32,000 nucleotides of DNA from Erysipelothrix inopinata (GCF_014396165.1 NZ_CP060715.1:1800001-1832000), one strand, 5' to 3'. Counted from the stretch's first letter, positions 9,477 through 19,065 are shown. Notes: generated by a model not told the origin, from the sequence alone. Program-made: numbers and translations.

Positions 9477-9754
9477 AAGAACTCAATATGTTCAGCGATT
9501 ACGATGTATTGACCCTCAAAGACCTCTACCCGTCCTTTAATCGCCAACAAATCTCCCAACTTAATGGACTCAGCTATGGTATCACTGATACCCCGCCATA
9601 AACAAATACGAAAATCATCCGTTCTAAATTGACCGGTTGCTTCTCTAAAATTTGAAGTAACTGCTAAGGTCATTTCAGAATAATTGCGAGCTGTACTCTC
9701 CGGCCTTTGTTCAGGCATTTTGGATACAGTCCCCACCAATTGAATAAAATTCAT
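9464..9754 (-). CDS. Short SSB-like OB-fold protein (96 aa) lacking the acidic C-terminal tail
   Basis: The start is MNFIQLVGTVSKMPE (ATG 9752-9754) after AAGGGGGA. The pattern MN.i.LvG.v...PE...LAV...DF..i.lWRG....i..GdLl.i.GR matches the N-terminal OB domain of bacterial SSB. The protein ends right after the OB fold. The track's 25-aa N-terminal extension covers the promoter and RBS, so I rejected it. Confidence 0.7.
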   Translation of the reverse strand: MNFIQLVGTVSKMPEQRPESTARNYSEMTLAVTSNFREATGQFRTDDFRICLWRGISDTIAESIKLGDLLAIKGRVEVFEGQYIVIAEHIEFLHHK

Positions 9755-9775
9755 CCAATCCCCCTTATACCCAGT

Positions 9776-9803
9776 AGTATACGCCAATATTTCACGAAAG
9801 CAA
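9776..9803 (-). promoter_or_regulatory. Candidate sigma-A promoter for the mini-SSB gene
   Basis: On the minus strand: TTGCTT (9798-9803), 16 nt spacer, TATACT (9776-9781). It sits about 20 nt upstream of the RBS. Confidence 0.4.
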
Positions 9804-9810
9804 GCTAAAG

Positions 9811-9847
9811 AAAAGGCAACTATCACCAACGGTAGTAATTGCCTTTT
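9811..9847 (-). terminator. Probable terminator after the M16 peptidase pair
   Basis: AAAAGGCAA...TTGCCTTTT outer stem with an imperfect extended helix. On the minus strand it is followed by TTCTTTAGC. It lies 9 nt after the stop at 9856. Confidence 0.5.
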
Positions 9848-9855
9848 AATCGCTA

Positions 9856-11109
9856 TTATTCAGCGTTTTTCATCAGTAAAAATGTTTTGTCTTTTTTCTC
9901 AAAGTATTTCAAGCAAGCTTCAAGATCTTCAAATTTAAGGTTTTTAACCATCTCAAGATAATCAAAATAATTAACCCCATCGAAGTGTGCTCGTGCAATC
10001 GTAATTGCTAGGTCATCAAATTTCGCAAGCGCCATGATCATCTCACCGTAATATCGTTTCAGTAATTGATTAAACATCACTTCATCCAGTACCAGATTAT
10101 TCATGATACCATCAATCAATGCTTCGAATTCTTGAGGCTTGTCCCCTTCATTCATGAAGAAGAGAACACCCATACCATCACGTAAGTCAATATCATAACC
10201 ATATCCATTACTGATAATACCAGCATCCAACCAAGCTTGATAATCATCGCACATTTCCGAGAAATTCATTTCAAGAATCATTCGGATAATGAATTCATCT
10301 TTCAAACGATCTTGTCCTTCGTAAGGGAATTTATATGCCAAACTCATTTTAGGTTGTTCAACAATATCTTCAATCTCACGATATGCATTCGCAACTGTAT
10401 TCGGTTCATCTTCAAATACATTTTCGATCGTTACATCTTTAAGTGGATGTGACAGACACTCCTCACGAATAATCGTTTCGAGCACTTCAGGTTCTTCAGG
10501 GCTAACTACAACAAGACACATTCTTTGATCGGAGTAATTTAACTCGTAAGCTTGTCGTAAATCCTCTAAAGTTGTGCTTCTTACACTTTCTTCTGTACCA
10601 GCAATATCATAGATGAAAGGATACGTATGGAAGATATTGCGATATGTTTCCATTAATAAACGCATGTCCGGCATTTGTTCATACATCTTTAATTCTTCAA
10701 CAATAATCCCTTTTTCCTTCTCAACACTATCAGCTGTTACTGAGAACTTACTTACAAATTGAATGAGGAGTCTGAGTGGTTCTTCGATACTTCCATTGTG
10801 ACCGAAGTAATACATCGTTTGATCGTAGGACGTAAATGCATTCGCATTTGCTCCAATATCAGCAAACTGACTAAGAACATCCTTTGTTTCATCCTCAAAA
10901 AGCTTGTGCTCTAAAAAGTGAGCCACTCCAGATTTATGTTCTACTGATTTGCCGTCTACAACTTGCTTCAAGTTTAAAGCACCGAAAGGCGTTCCATAAA
11001 CAGCTGAAGAACGTTTAAATCCTGGGCGATGAACCAAATAAACCTGAAGTCCACTTTCAGTCACAAACGAATAAACTGATTCATTAAACTTATTTTCGAT
11101 TTTATTCAT
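9856..11109 (-). CDS. M16-family zinc peptidase, catalytic subunit type (HxxEH present)
   Basis: The inverted zincin motif HFLEH occurs in SGVAHFLEHKLFE. Start set to ATG 11107-11109 (MNKIENK), downstream of GAGGTG. It overlaps the upstream gene's stop by 8 nt. Confidence 0.85.
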   Translation of the reverse strand: MNKIENKFNESVYSFVTESGLQVYLVHRPGFKRSSAVYGTPFGALNLKQVVDGKSVEHKSGVAHFLEHKLFEDETKDVLSQFADIGANANAFTSYDQTMYYFGHNGSIEEPLRLLIQFVSKFSVTADSVEKEKGIIVEELKMYEQMPDMRLLMETYRNIFHTYPFIYDIAGTEESVRSTTLEDLRQAYELNYSDQRMCLVVVSPEEPEVLETIIREECLSHPLKDVTIENVFEDEPNTVANAYREIEDIVEQPKMSLAYKFPYEGQDRLKDEFIIRMILEMNFSEMCDDYQAWLDAGIISNGYGYDIDLRDGMGVLFFMNEGDKPQEFEALIDGIMNNLVLDEVMFNQLLKRYYGEMIMALAKFDDLAITIARAHFDGVNYFDYLEMVKNLKFEDLEACLKYFEKKDKTFLLMKNAE

Positions 11110-12322
11110 GGTCATCACCTCGGTATGCGTAAATAAATCCTTCTGAAATATGATTCAGAACTTCTTTAACTTCTTCTTGAGTTACATCATTTAAAGCAGA
11201 TTGAATCATTTCAACTGAGTCATCATGTTGAATCAAGTTGTTTCTGAATTCATGATCAACAATTCTTCTCAAATGTTCACTCGTTCCTTCCATTTGCAAG
11301 ATTAAATATTGTTTTGCAGATTCGATGTCTAAAGATTCAGTCTTCATAATTGTGAATTGCTCTTGAATTAACTGGATAGCTTTATCAATATTTTTGTCAT
11401 TTATACCAGTTGAAATATACATCACACCATCAAAAATATGACGAGCTGCATAGATTGAATAACAAAGACTGTGTTTTTCTCTTACATTTTGAAATAGTAA
11501 TGATGATGGTAATTGACCAAGATAGGCAACCATTACAAGGTATGCATAATATAAGTCATGACCTGGAACGATATCCGTTTCATATAACAAGACAAGCTCA
11601 GTTTGAGATCCTTGATGGTGAACTTCATGATATCCGTTCGCAATTTTAGTAAACGATTGAGCAATTTCTATTTCTTCAGATTGTGCGCTCTCAAACGCTG
11701 TATAATTTAACTCGTTTTGGAAATCACCCGCGACATAAATTTCTTTAGCAAATTTGGAAACACACAATGCATGAAATGCTTTCACATCATCCAAACTAAT
11801 TGTTTCAATATCTTGTAGTTCACCCATTGCTGAGAGCCCAAATACTTGATCCTTGCCAACATACTTAAACGATTCAGTAATCGCATATTGACTCGTATTT
11901 TCTTTAACTCTCATATGACTTTGTTTAAGATTTTTTACTGCTTCATTGAATGTTTCTTCATTTAAAAGTGGTTCAAAAAGCATATCTGCAACAAGATCCA
12001 ATTGACCCTGTTGGAGATTATCATCTACAAATCGTTGTGAAATTGTGCGAACACTTAAATCAATAACTTGGTAAATACCACAGCTATATGTTAAAGCAGA
12101 CATCTTCGCACCATATAATGCATCATGTCTTGCTGTAATGGATTGTTTTGTTGGATTTGATTGGAGTCTATCTCCCATCATTCTTGTTAATATATTGGCA
12201 ATGGTATTCGTTCTTTTTTCCATAGGGAAAATAACGCGAACGGTTGCATACACTTCATTAAACTTAGTTTCTTGAATTGTGTATACATTGATACCATTAT
12301 TCAATCGTTTTTTACTTTTCAT
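11102..12322 (-). CDS. M16-family peptidase-like protein, non-catalytic partner type (no HxxEH)
   Basis: M16 fold-like length and layout, comparable to the YmfF/YmfH pairs of Bacillus. No HxxEH motif is visible. Start trimmed to MKSKKRLNNG (ATG 12320-12322), 7 nt after GGAGG. Confidence 0.8.
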   Translation of the reverse strand: MKSKKRLNNGINVYTIQETKFNEVYATVRVIFPMEKRTNTIANILTRMMGDRLQSNPTKQSITARHDALYGAKMSALTYSCGIYQVIDLSVRTISQRFVDDNLQQGQLDLVADMLFEPLLNEETFNEAVKNLKQSHMRVKENTSQYAITESFKYVGKDQVFGLSAMGELQDIETISLDDVKAFHALCVSKFAKEIYVAGDFQNELNYTAFESAQSEEIEIAQSFTKIANGYHEVHHQGSQTELVLLYETDIVPGHDLYYAYLVMVAYLGQLPSSLLFQNVREKHSLCYSIYAARHIFDGVMYISTGINDKNIDKAIQLIQEQFTIMKTESLDIESAKQYLILQMEGTSEHLRRIVDHEFRNNLIQHDDSVEMIQSALNDVTQEEVKEVLNHISEGFIYAYRGDDHE

Positions 12323-12403
12323 GATACGCCCTCCGTAAAAAAATGATACAATGTAGTTATTATTGTACATCAATGTTTTACAAATAGAAAGAACGGTGAC
12401 AAA

Positions 12404-13846
12404 ATGATTGAAAATAACGATAACGTATTTCTAACAGACCTTTATGAGTTTACGATGGCTTACTCTTACTTTAAAGCAGGACGCCATGAAGAAATCGTTT
12501 ATTTCGACATGTTTACACGAAAAATACCTAACGATGGTGGCTACTTAATCTTTAATGGCCTATCCAAACTTATTGAAGCTCTTAACAACTTTAAATTTAA
12601 CCAAGGACACATTGACTATCTACGTACTCAAGGATTTACAGATGAAGCTTTCTTAGACTATCTTCTAAATATGAAACTGAATCTCGATATCTGGGCAGTT
12701 GAAGATGGAACTGTTGTCTTTAAAAACGAACCTTTTGTAACAGTTCGTGGTACGGTGATTGAAGCTCAATTAATTGAAACATTACTCTTGCTTTCAATAA
12801 ACTACTCAACTTTAGTTACAACAAAAGCAAGTCGCATTGCCAATGCAGCACGTGGTCGTGCAGTCTTAGAATTTGGGGCACGTCGTGCTCACGGATACGA
12901 TGCATCTGTTGATGGTGCTCGTGCAGCAATTATTGCAGGTTGTGTTGGAACATCACACACACTTGCTGGTTATAAGTATGGTGCCATGGTATCAGGTACA
13001 ATGGCTCACTCCTATATTCAGCTTCATGATTCAGAACTTGAAGCCTTCATGGAGTTCTCTAAGTACAATCCTGATAACGCAATATTCTTAGTAGACACAT
13101 ATGACACATTAAATTCCGGTATTCCTAATGCAATCAAGGTTGCAAAAGAATACTTAATTCCTAATGGATATCGTCTCAAAGCAATTCGTTTAGATTCTGG
13201 TGACCTTGCCTACCTTTCAAAAGAAGCTCGTAAAATGTTAGATGAAAACGGACTTCAAGATTGTAAGATTATGGCATCTAATGCATTGGATGAATTCATT
13301 ATCGACGACTTAATTTATCAAGGTGCGAAAATCGATCAATTTGGTGTTGGAGAAAACCTTATCACATCAAAATCAGAACCGGTTCTTGGTGGCGTATATA
13401 AACTTGTTGCTTCTGAAGCAGACAATGTGATCACACCTAAAATCAAGGTGAGCGAAAATATCGAAAAAATCACGAACCCTGGCTATAAACGTCTGTATCG
13501 TTTCTATGATAACAATACGAATAAAGCTCTTGCTGATTATATTGCACTTGCTGATGAATCGATTCCAACTGATACCATTACAATTTTCGACCCTAATGCA
13601 ACATGGAAGAAAAAGACACTTACAAACTATCAAGTTCGCGAACTTCAAGTTCCAATATTTGTAGATGGTGAATGTGTCTATGAAGTGCCAACACTCGAAG
13701 AAATTCGAATTTATTCAGAAAAAGAGATGGAAACAATTTGGGACGAAGTGAAACGTCTTCACTACCCTCACAAATACTATGTCGACTTATCACAAGAATT
13801 GTATGATCTTAAATTACAACTCTTACATGACGTTAACAACGACTAA
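12404..13846 (+). CDS. pncB: Nicotinate phosphoribosyltransferase
   Basis: LTDLYEFTMAYSYFKAG...EFGARRAHG...GTSHTLAG...GTMAHSYIQ...IRLDSGDL...FGVGENLIT. Full length at 480 aa. Confidence 0.9.
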   Translation: MIENNDNVFLTDLYEFTMAYSYFKAGRHEEIVYFDMFTRKIPNDGGYLIFNGLSKLIEALNNFKFNQGHIDYLRTQGFTDEAFLDYLLNMKLNLDIWAVEDGTVVFKNEPFVTVRGTVIEAQLIETLLLLSINYSTLVTTKASRIANAARGRAVLEFGARRAHGYDASVDGARAAIIAGCVGTSHTLAGYKYGAMVSGTMAHSYIQLHDSELEAFMEFSKYNPDNAIFLVDTYDTLNSGIPNAIKVAKEYLIPNGYRLKAIRLDSGDLAYLSKEARKMLDENGLQDCKIMASNALDEFIIDDLIYQGAKIDQFGVGENLITSKSEPVLGGVYKLVASEADNVITPKIKVSENIEKITNPGYKRLYRFYDNNTNKALADYIALADESIPTDTITIFDPNATWKKKTLTNYQVRELQVPIFVDGECVYEVPTLEEIRIYSEKEMETIWDEVKRLHYPHKYYVDLSQELYDLKLQLLHDVNND

Positions 13847-13855
13847 ATAAATAAT

Positions 13856-13888
13856 AAAACACGTACAAATCCTAAATGTACGTGTTTT
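13856..13888. terminator. Bidirectional rho-independent terminator between convergent pncB and the lipoprotein gene
   Basis: Perfect 12-bp stem AAAACACGTACA / TGTACGTGTTTT with a 9-nt loop. Both strands have T-rich flanks. Confidence 0.8.
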
Positions 13889-13910
13889 TAATATACTTTT
13901 GCTCTCATTT

Positions 13911-15098
13911 CTACTTTTGTTTGATAAGCGAGATCTTCATATTTTCTTTCTCATCAAACTGAACGATTGCGAACTTTTTATGTTCGATTCGATATACAAA
14001 AGGAATTGCATGTTGATCGTACCCTTCATAGTTGATTGTAGTAATAACCAAGTCATTGCTTCCGTCTTTGTTATCTTTCAATTCAAAAATCCCTGCATAA
14101 GCCCCTTCAAGATTTGATTTTACTGATTCATCATTTGGAAATCCATTATAGACAACAAGACTTGACTCTTCACTATTCGGTTGTAAACGACCCATATTAT
14201 TTGGAAGTTTTTGTGTTGGTTTATTTCCGAGATATCCTGTCATTGTATAGGATTTTATGTTGTATTTTTCACTTTCTCCTAACTCAGCAAAATCAAATGC
14301 AAAATCCTCAGAAAATAATAATACATTAGCAATATCTCCAGATATTTTACTATTTTTAAATTTATTGTTTTCGATTGATTGGTAAAATACTGACCCCTCT
14401 GGTGTTCGAGTTGTAAATCCGAACCTATTAAAACCTTTAACCAACTCTGTAGAAGTCATCACTTCGTAATCATCTTCGAGTGTATATTCACTAACCTCGT
14501 TATCAAAACTGTAAATGACTTCTGGGGTAAAATTTTGATATTTCACTACTTTTTGGTGAAGTTTTACAGCTTGATTGTTTTCCAATTCAAAAGATTCAAA
14601 CGCATAATAAATCACATCATCGTATAAGTAAAAACTGGGTGACTTTGAAAAGTTATATATTAATCCTTGATCTATCACTTTATCAGCTGTATTCGGATGT
14701 GACGAAACAACTTGTATGTTTATTAATCTTGATTCAAGATTATCTAATTCATCTGGTGAAATCGTTGAAAAAATAACTTCATCATTAACGAGTATAAAAT
14801 CCCAAACTCTAACATCATAATCAAATTCTTTTAGTGTTTTAATTTTTTTAGTTTTTAAATCTAATGCAAGTAATCGAATGGTACGAAAACCCGTAGTATA
14901 ATCGTCATCAATTATATCTTCAGATACCAATAAAGTATTATTAACGAGTCCATGCGTATTATAGTTCGTATTGTCACCATCACTCGCAACTTCAAATGTA
15001 CTTTCACACACGAACCTTACGCTATCCTCATTACTAGTACAACTCGACGCAACAAAAAGAAAGCAAGCCAAGACCGAAATTTGCAAATATTTCTTCAT
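13911..15098 (-). CDS. Lipoprotein of unknown function (395 aa)
   Basis: Signal peptide MKKYLQISVLACFLFVASS|C, with a lipobox-like VASSC. GGAGG lies 7 nt upstream of the ATG. I recognise no catalytic motif. The gene forms a monocistronic unit between two terminators. Confidence 0.8.
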   Translation of the reverse strand: MKKYLQISVLACFLFVASSCTSNEDSVRFVCESTFEVASDGDNTNYNTHGLVNNTLLVSEDIIDDDYTTGFRTIRLLALDLKTKKIKTLKEFDYDVRVWDFILVNDEVIFSTISPDELDNLESRLINIQVVSSHPNTADKVIDQGLIYNFSKSPSFYLYDDVIYYAFESFELENNQAVKLHQKVVKYQNFTPEVIYSFDNEVSEYTLEDDYEVMTSTELVKGFNRFGFTTRTPEGSVFYQSIENNKFKNSKISGDIANVLLFSEDFAFDFAELGESEKYNIKSYTMTGYLGNKPTQKLPNNMGRLQPNSEESSLVVYNGFPNDESVKSNLEGAYAGIFELKDNKDGSNDLVITTINYEGYDQHAIPFVYRIEHKKFAIVQFDEKENMKISLIKQK

Positions 15099-15136
15099 AT
15101 GTTTCCCTCCTTTATTATTTTAAAAATACTGATAAC

Positions 15137-15167
15137 ATTATAGGCAGTTATTTCTCAAATAAAGCAA
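15137..15167 (-). promoter_or_regulatory. Candidate promoter for the orphan lipoprotein gene
   Basis: Perfect TATAAT (rc of 15137-15142). The best -35 hexamer, TTGCTT (15162-15167), sits at a long 19-nt spacing. Confidence 0.35.
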
Positions 15168-15339
15168 ATAGGAAAGATTTAAAAACACCACTGAGATAAA
15201 AAAAGTATAAAATCAAGAAACACTCTTTCTTCATATAAATTTTAACATGAAAACACTCCAGTAACAATATTGCTCCCAATCTTATAACTAATAGCAACAT
15301 AATTCTTTAGATTTTAGGCTGTAACATAAGTTCAACAAG

Positions 15340-15366
15340 TAAAAAAGCGGTAAATATACCGCTTTT
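15340..15366 (-). terminator. Rho-independent terminator of the nucleoside ABC transporter operon
   Basis: On the minus strand: AAAGCGGTA-TATT-TACCGCTTT followed by TTTTTT. It lies 36 nt after the stop at 15402. Confidence 0.75.
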
Positions 15367-15401
15367 AAATATATATTAATTGAAATCTAATGAATCTAGT
15401 T

Positions 15402-16355
15402 TTATCGCTTACCTTGATCATACGGATCACCCAGTGCTTTAGGAGCCGCAGATTTCTTAGAGGTAAAGATTAGAACAATAAGTGTCGCAACATATGGAAT
15501 CATCTTGTAGAATTGTTCCGGAATTCCTGAATTTAAGAGAACAGGAATTGCTGAGTATGTGTTTGAGATTGTAAGTGCAACCGCAAAGAATAGCGACGAT
15601 AAGAATACATTGAGTGGTTTCCATTGACCGAAGATTAAGATTGCAACAGCCAAGAATCCATAACCGTTAACGGTTCCACTGAATGATGTACTTACTGGTA
15701 CGGTAATCAAGAGACCACCGAGCCCTGCAAGAGCTCCAGAAACCAAGACCGCTGTCCAACGTATTTTCTTAACATTAACACCAGCTGCATCGAGCGCATG
15801 TGGATTTTCTCCTGCCGCTTTGAGACGAAGTCCAAATCGTGTTTTATTAAGAATGTAAATGGTCACAATCAGTAGTATAATCCCAACTAAAGTTGAAATA
15901 TATACATTGGTAAAGAACATTCTACCAATGACTGGTATATCACTTAATCCCGGAATCTTTCTAATTAAAAAAGTATTCTTGAATGGGATTTCTTTAACAT
16001 TATTAAATAATCGAGCGACAAAGACTGTGAATGCTGGTGCAAACATGTTGATTGCTGTACCACTGATTGTTTGGTCAGCGTTCATATTAATTGATGCGAA
16101 TGCATGAACTACCGCAAGCAACACCCCACTTAAAGCTGCGACAAGCATTGCAACGATGAAAAGTAATTGACCACTCATTGATCCTTGTAGGATAAACATC
16201 GTTACAATTCCGAAGAAAGATCCAAAAACCATGATTCCTTCAAGGGCAATGTTTACAACACCACTTCGTTCAGAGAAGAGTCCTCCCAAAGCAACAATCA
16301 GAAGTGGAATTGCGATATATAAGGTTTGTTGAAATATGAAATAGAACATATCCAT
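15402..16355 (-). CDS. ABC transporter permease, CUT2/BMP-type nucleoside uptake (NupQ/YufQ-like)
   Basis: Polytopic membrane protein of 317 aa, the last gene of the BMP-ATPase-permease-permease cluster. Confidence 0.85.
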   Translation of the reverse strand: MDMFYFIFQQTLYIAIPLLIVALGGLFSERSGVVNIALEGIMVFGSFFGIVTMFILQGSMSGQLLFIVAMLVAALSGVLLAVVHAFASINMNADQTISGTAINMFAPAFTVFVARLFNNVKEIPFKNTFLIRKIPGLSDIPVIGRMFFTNVYISTLVGIILLIVTIYILNKTRFGLRLKAAGENPHALDAAGVNVKKIRWTAVLVSGALAGLGGLLITVPVSTSFSGTVNGYGFLAVAILIFGQWKPLNVFLSSLFFAVALTISNTYSAIPVLLNSGIPEQFYKMIPYVATLIVLIFTSKKSAAPKALGDPYDQGKR

Positions 16356-16357
16356 AA

Positions 16358-17443
16358 TTATTGAACCTCCTTATCTTTTTTCTTAAACTTACCAATGAAC
16401 TTTTTAAGAAGAATTGATAAGGCACTAATATAAATAATAGCTGCAGTAATAACTTCAATAATCTCAGGTTGTAGATTGAGTAATTGTAAGTTGCTACCAC
16501 CATAAGTGATATGAGATATAAAGATACCTGAGAAGATAATCGCAATTGGATTACTTTGAGCAAGTAAAGCAACAGAGATACCATCAAATCCTTCTTTTAG
16601 AATCGAGTACGAAGCATTTAAGTATACTCCGACATCTGACAAGTATAGTAGTGCTCCACCAAGTCCAGCTAGCATACCTGCTATTGCCATTGAGAGGATA
16701 ATACTTTTCTTTTCATTAATTCCAGCATATTTACTTGAGTGTCTATTGTATCCAACAGCCTTAAGTTCAAAACCAAACGTTGTTTTATTTAAAATAATAT
16801 GAATCACAATAGCAACTACTATAGCGATAACTATTCCTATATTAATTGATGATTTGGGAAAGATGACATCCAATCCCATACGAGGTAGGTATGCATTCTT
16901 TGGTTGAATGGTTCTACTGTATACTTGATCAAATGTTGAAATTCTCATCCAAAAGTTAACGAGATACATTGCAATGTAGTTCATCATAATAGAAGCGATA
17001 ACTTCATTAACATTTCGATAAGCTTTGAGAGCTCCGACAATCATTCCCCAAATTGCTCCAGCAAATGCTCCAGCGAGCATAGCAACTAACCAAGCAATTG
17101 AGGGTGGAAGCCACGTCCAGTTAACACCTACATAGATTGCAGTAAATGCACCAATCATAAATTGACCAGAAGCACCAATGTTGAAGAGTCCTGTCTTAAA
17201 TGCAAAACCAACAGACAACCCTGTTAGGATGATTGGTGTGGCACTAAACAGTACGTTTCCTAATCCAAAGATTCCATGATAGAATCCACCTTGCAAAATA
17301 ATTCCAAATGCATCAATAGCATTTTTAGGATTTGTAGCTAGAATAATAATAAATCCAAATACAAGACCAAAAATAATTGCAAAGATCGATGCTAACAAGT
17401 TATCAAATTCATCAGTTTTACGGAATTCATTAAATCGTTTCAT
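16358..17443 (-). CDS. ABC transporter permease, CUT2/BMP-type nucleoside uptake (NupP/YufP-like)
   Basis: Polytopic membrane protein of 361 aa. Its start overlaps the ATPase gene's stop by 14 nt. Confidence 0.85.
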   Translation of the reverse strand: MKRFNEFRKTDEFDNLLASIFAIIFGLVFGFIIILATNPKNAIDAFGIILQGGFYHGIFGLGNVLFSATPIILTGLSVGFAFKTGLFNIGASGQFMIGAFTAIYVGVNWTWLPPSIAWLVAMLAGAFAGAIWGMIVGALKAYRNVNEVIASIMMNYIAMYLVNFWMRISTFDQVYSRTIQPKNAYLPRMGLDVIFPKSSINIGIVIAIVVAIVIHIILNKTTFGFELKAVGYNRHSSKYAGINEKKSIILSMAIAGMLAGLGGALLYLSDVGVYLNASYSILKEGFDGISVALLAQSNPIAIIFSGIFISHITYGGSNLQLLNLQPEIIEVITAAIIYISALSILLKKFIGKFKKKDKEVQ

Positions 17444-18965
17444 TCTTGTTACCTCGCTTTGCTCCAGCCATATAGAGACCTAATTCTTGTTGAGTTACGT
17501 CTTCAGGCTTAAATTCACCGACTAGTTCTCCATCATGAATTACTAAGATGCGATCACTAACGTTCATAATTTCTGATAATTCATAGGAAACGAGTAAAAC
17601 TGATTTACCCGCATCTCGTTGAGCTACAAGTTGCTTGTGAATGTATTCAATAGCTCCAACATCAAGGCCTCGAGTTGGTTGAACTGCCATAAGGACATCA
17701 GAACCCAAATCGATTTCTCGTGCTAAAATTGCTTTTTGTTGGTTACCACCTGACATGCTTCGTGCAATGGAATCAGGACCCTTAGAACTACGAATATCAA
17801 AGGACTGAATTAAGTCACGGGCATATTTATCAATATGAGCAAATTTTAGAAAACCCTTCTCAGCAAACTGCGGCATAAAGTATTTCTTCAATGCCAAGTT
17901 GTATGCGAGATTATATTCTAAAACGAGACCGTCACGATGTCTGTCTTCAGGAATATGAGAAATACCATGTGTATTTCTGTATCGAATTGATTTATCTTCG
18001 ATATTTTCACCGTTCAATACGATTTCTCCTGATTTGATAGGCATCATCCCAGCGATAGCATAGACAAGTTCACGTTGTCCATTCCCCTCAATACCAGCGA
18101 TACTTACGATTTCACCGCTATGGAGTGCAAAGCTAGCACTTTTGACAGAATCATGGTTTCCATGGCTTGACTCAACCGAGAGATTTTCGACACTGAGTAC
18201 GACATCACCACGTTCAATTGGTTTTAAATCAATATCAAGATCAACTTTACGACCAACCATCATTTCTGACATTTCTGGAATCGATACGTCAGCAACTTCA
18301 ACAGTTCCAATATATTTTCCTTTACGTAAGACAGTGCAACGATCAGCAACACGTTTAATTTCACCAAGTTTGTGAGTAATCAAAATTATTGATTTCCCCT
18401 CTTTTTGAAGCTCCAACATAATTTCCATTAACTCTTCAATTTCTTGAGGTGTTAAAACAGCAGTCGGTTCGTCAAAAATCATAACATCACTTTCACGATA
18501 CAATAATTTAAGAATTTCGACACGTTGTTGCATCCCTACAGAAATATCTTCAATTTTTGCATCAGGATCAACATTTAGATTATAACGTTCACTTAATTGA
18601 ACAATTGCTTCACGAGCTTTCTTTTTATCAACAGCTCCCTTTACCACTTCTTCAACACCTAAAATGATGTTTTCGGTAACAGTAAAAGTATCTACTAATT
18701 TAAAATGTTGATGAACCATTCCAATTTTAAGCTCAGTTGCTTGTCTTGGATTGGTTATTTCTACTTTATTTCCATTTACAATTATTTCTCCAGAATCGGG
18801 TTGATACATTCCGAAGAGTATTGACATAAGGGTGGACTTACCTGCCCCATTTTCTCCTAAGAGAGCATGTATTTCACCCGTACGAAGAGCCAACGACACA
18901 TCATCATTTGCAATGATGCCAGGAAATGTCTTCGTAATATGATTCATTTCGACTATATTTTTCAT
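17430..18965 (-). CDS. ABC transporter ATP-binding protein with duplicated ABC domains (NupO/YufO-like)
   Basis: Walker A GENGAGKST, signatures LSVGMQQRVEI and MSGGNQQKAIL, and Walker B VMIFDEPT. Start set to ATG 18963-18965, 8 nt after AGGAG. The track's start is a GTG inside the SD sequence. Confidence 0.9.
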   Translation of the reverse strand: MKNIVEMNHITKTFPGIIANDDVSLALRTGEIHALLGENGAGKSTLMSILFGMYQPDSGEIIVNGNKVEITNPRQATELKIGMVHQHFKLVDTFTVTENIILGVEEVVKGAVDKKKAREAIVQLSERYNLNVDPDAKIEDISVGMQQRVEILKLLYRESDVMIFDEPTAVLTPQEIEELMEIMLELQKEGKSIILITHKLGEIKRVADRCTVLRKGKYIGTVEVADVSIPEMSEMMVGRKVDLDIDLKPIERGDVVLSVENLSVESSHGNHDSVKSASFALHSGEIVSIAGIEGNGQRELVYAIAGMMPIKSGEIVLNGENIEDKSIRYRNTHGISHIPEDRHRDGLVLEYNLAYNLALKKYFMPQFAEKGFLKFAHIDKYARDLIQSFDIRSSKGPDSIARSMSGGNQQKAILAREIDLGSDVLMAVQPTRGLDVGAIEYIHKQLVAQRDAGKSVLLVSYELSEIMNVSDRILVIHDGELVGEFKPEDVTQQELGLYMAGAKRGNKNETI

Positions 18966-18989
18966 CTTTCGCACTCCTATACTTCTATT

Positions 18990-19038
18990 CTACACAATCA
19001 AAATACATAGTGAATTTCAACCAAAAAAACTACACAAT
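18990..19038 (-). repeat. Two direct copies of CTACACAAT (ATTGTGTAG in the transcribed sense), 40 nt apart, in the intra-operon spacer
   Basis: Exact 9-mers at 18990-18998 and 19030-19038. A partial inverted copy, ATTGTGT, sits at 19088-19094. Confidence 0.5.
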
Positions 19039-19065
19039 TATCATAAATTGTATCTCACTAATCAA
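19037..19065 (-). promoter_or_regulatory. Candidate internal promoter for the ATPase and permease genes
   Basis: On the minus strand: TTGATT (19060-19065), 17 nt spacer, GATAAT (19037-19042). The -10 hexamer overlaps one ATTGTGTAG repeat. Confidence 0.35.

Noticed and set aside
9755-12403. The M16 pair considered as part of a RiPP or peptide-maturation cluster.
   Set aside because: There is no short precursor ORF, radical-SAM enzyme, cyclase or dedicated exporter nearby. The flanking genes are pncB and an SSB-like gene. The arrangement matches the housekeeping YmfF/YmfH type.
15143-15340. A ~200-nt AT-rich non-coding stretch upstream of the orphan lipoprotein, considered as a possible sRNA or riboswitch. 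AAACACTC occurs twice, about 40 nt apart.
   Set aside because: I could find no stable stem-loops, no terminator of its own and no recognisable conserved RNA motif. An 8-mer repeat in AT-rich DNA is weak evidence.
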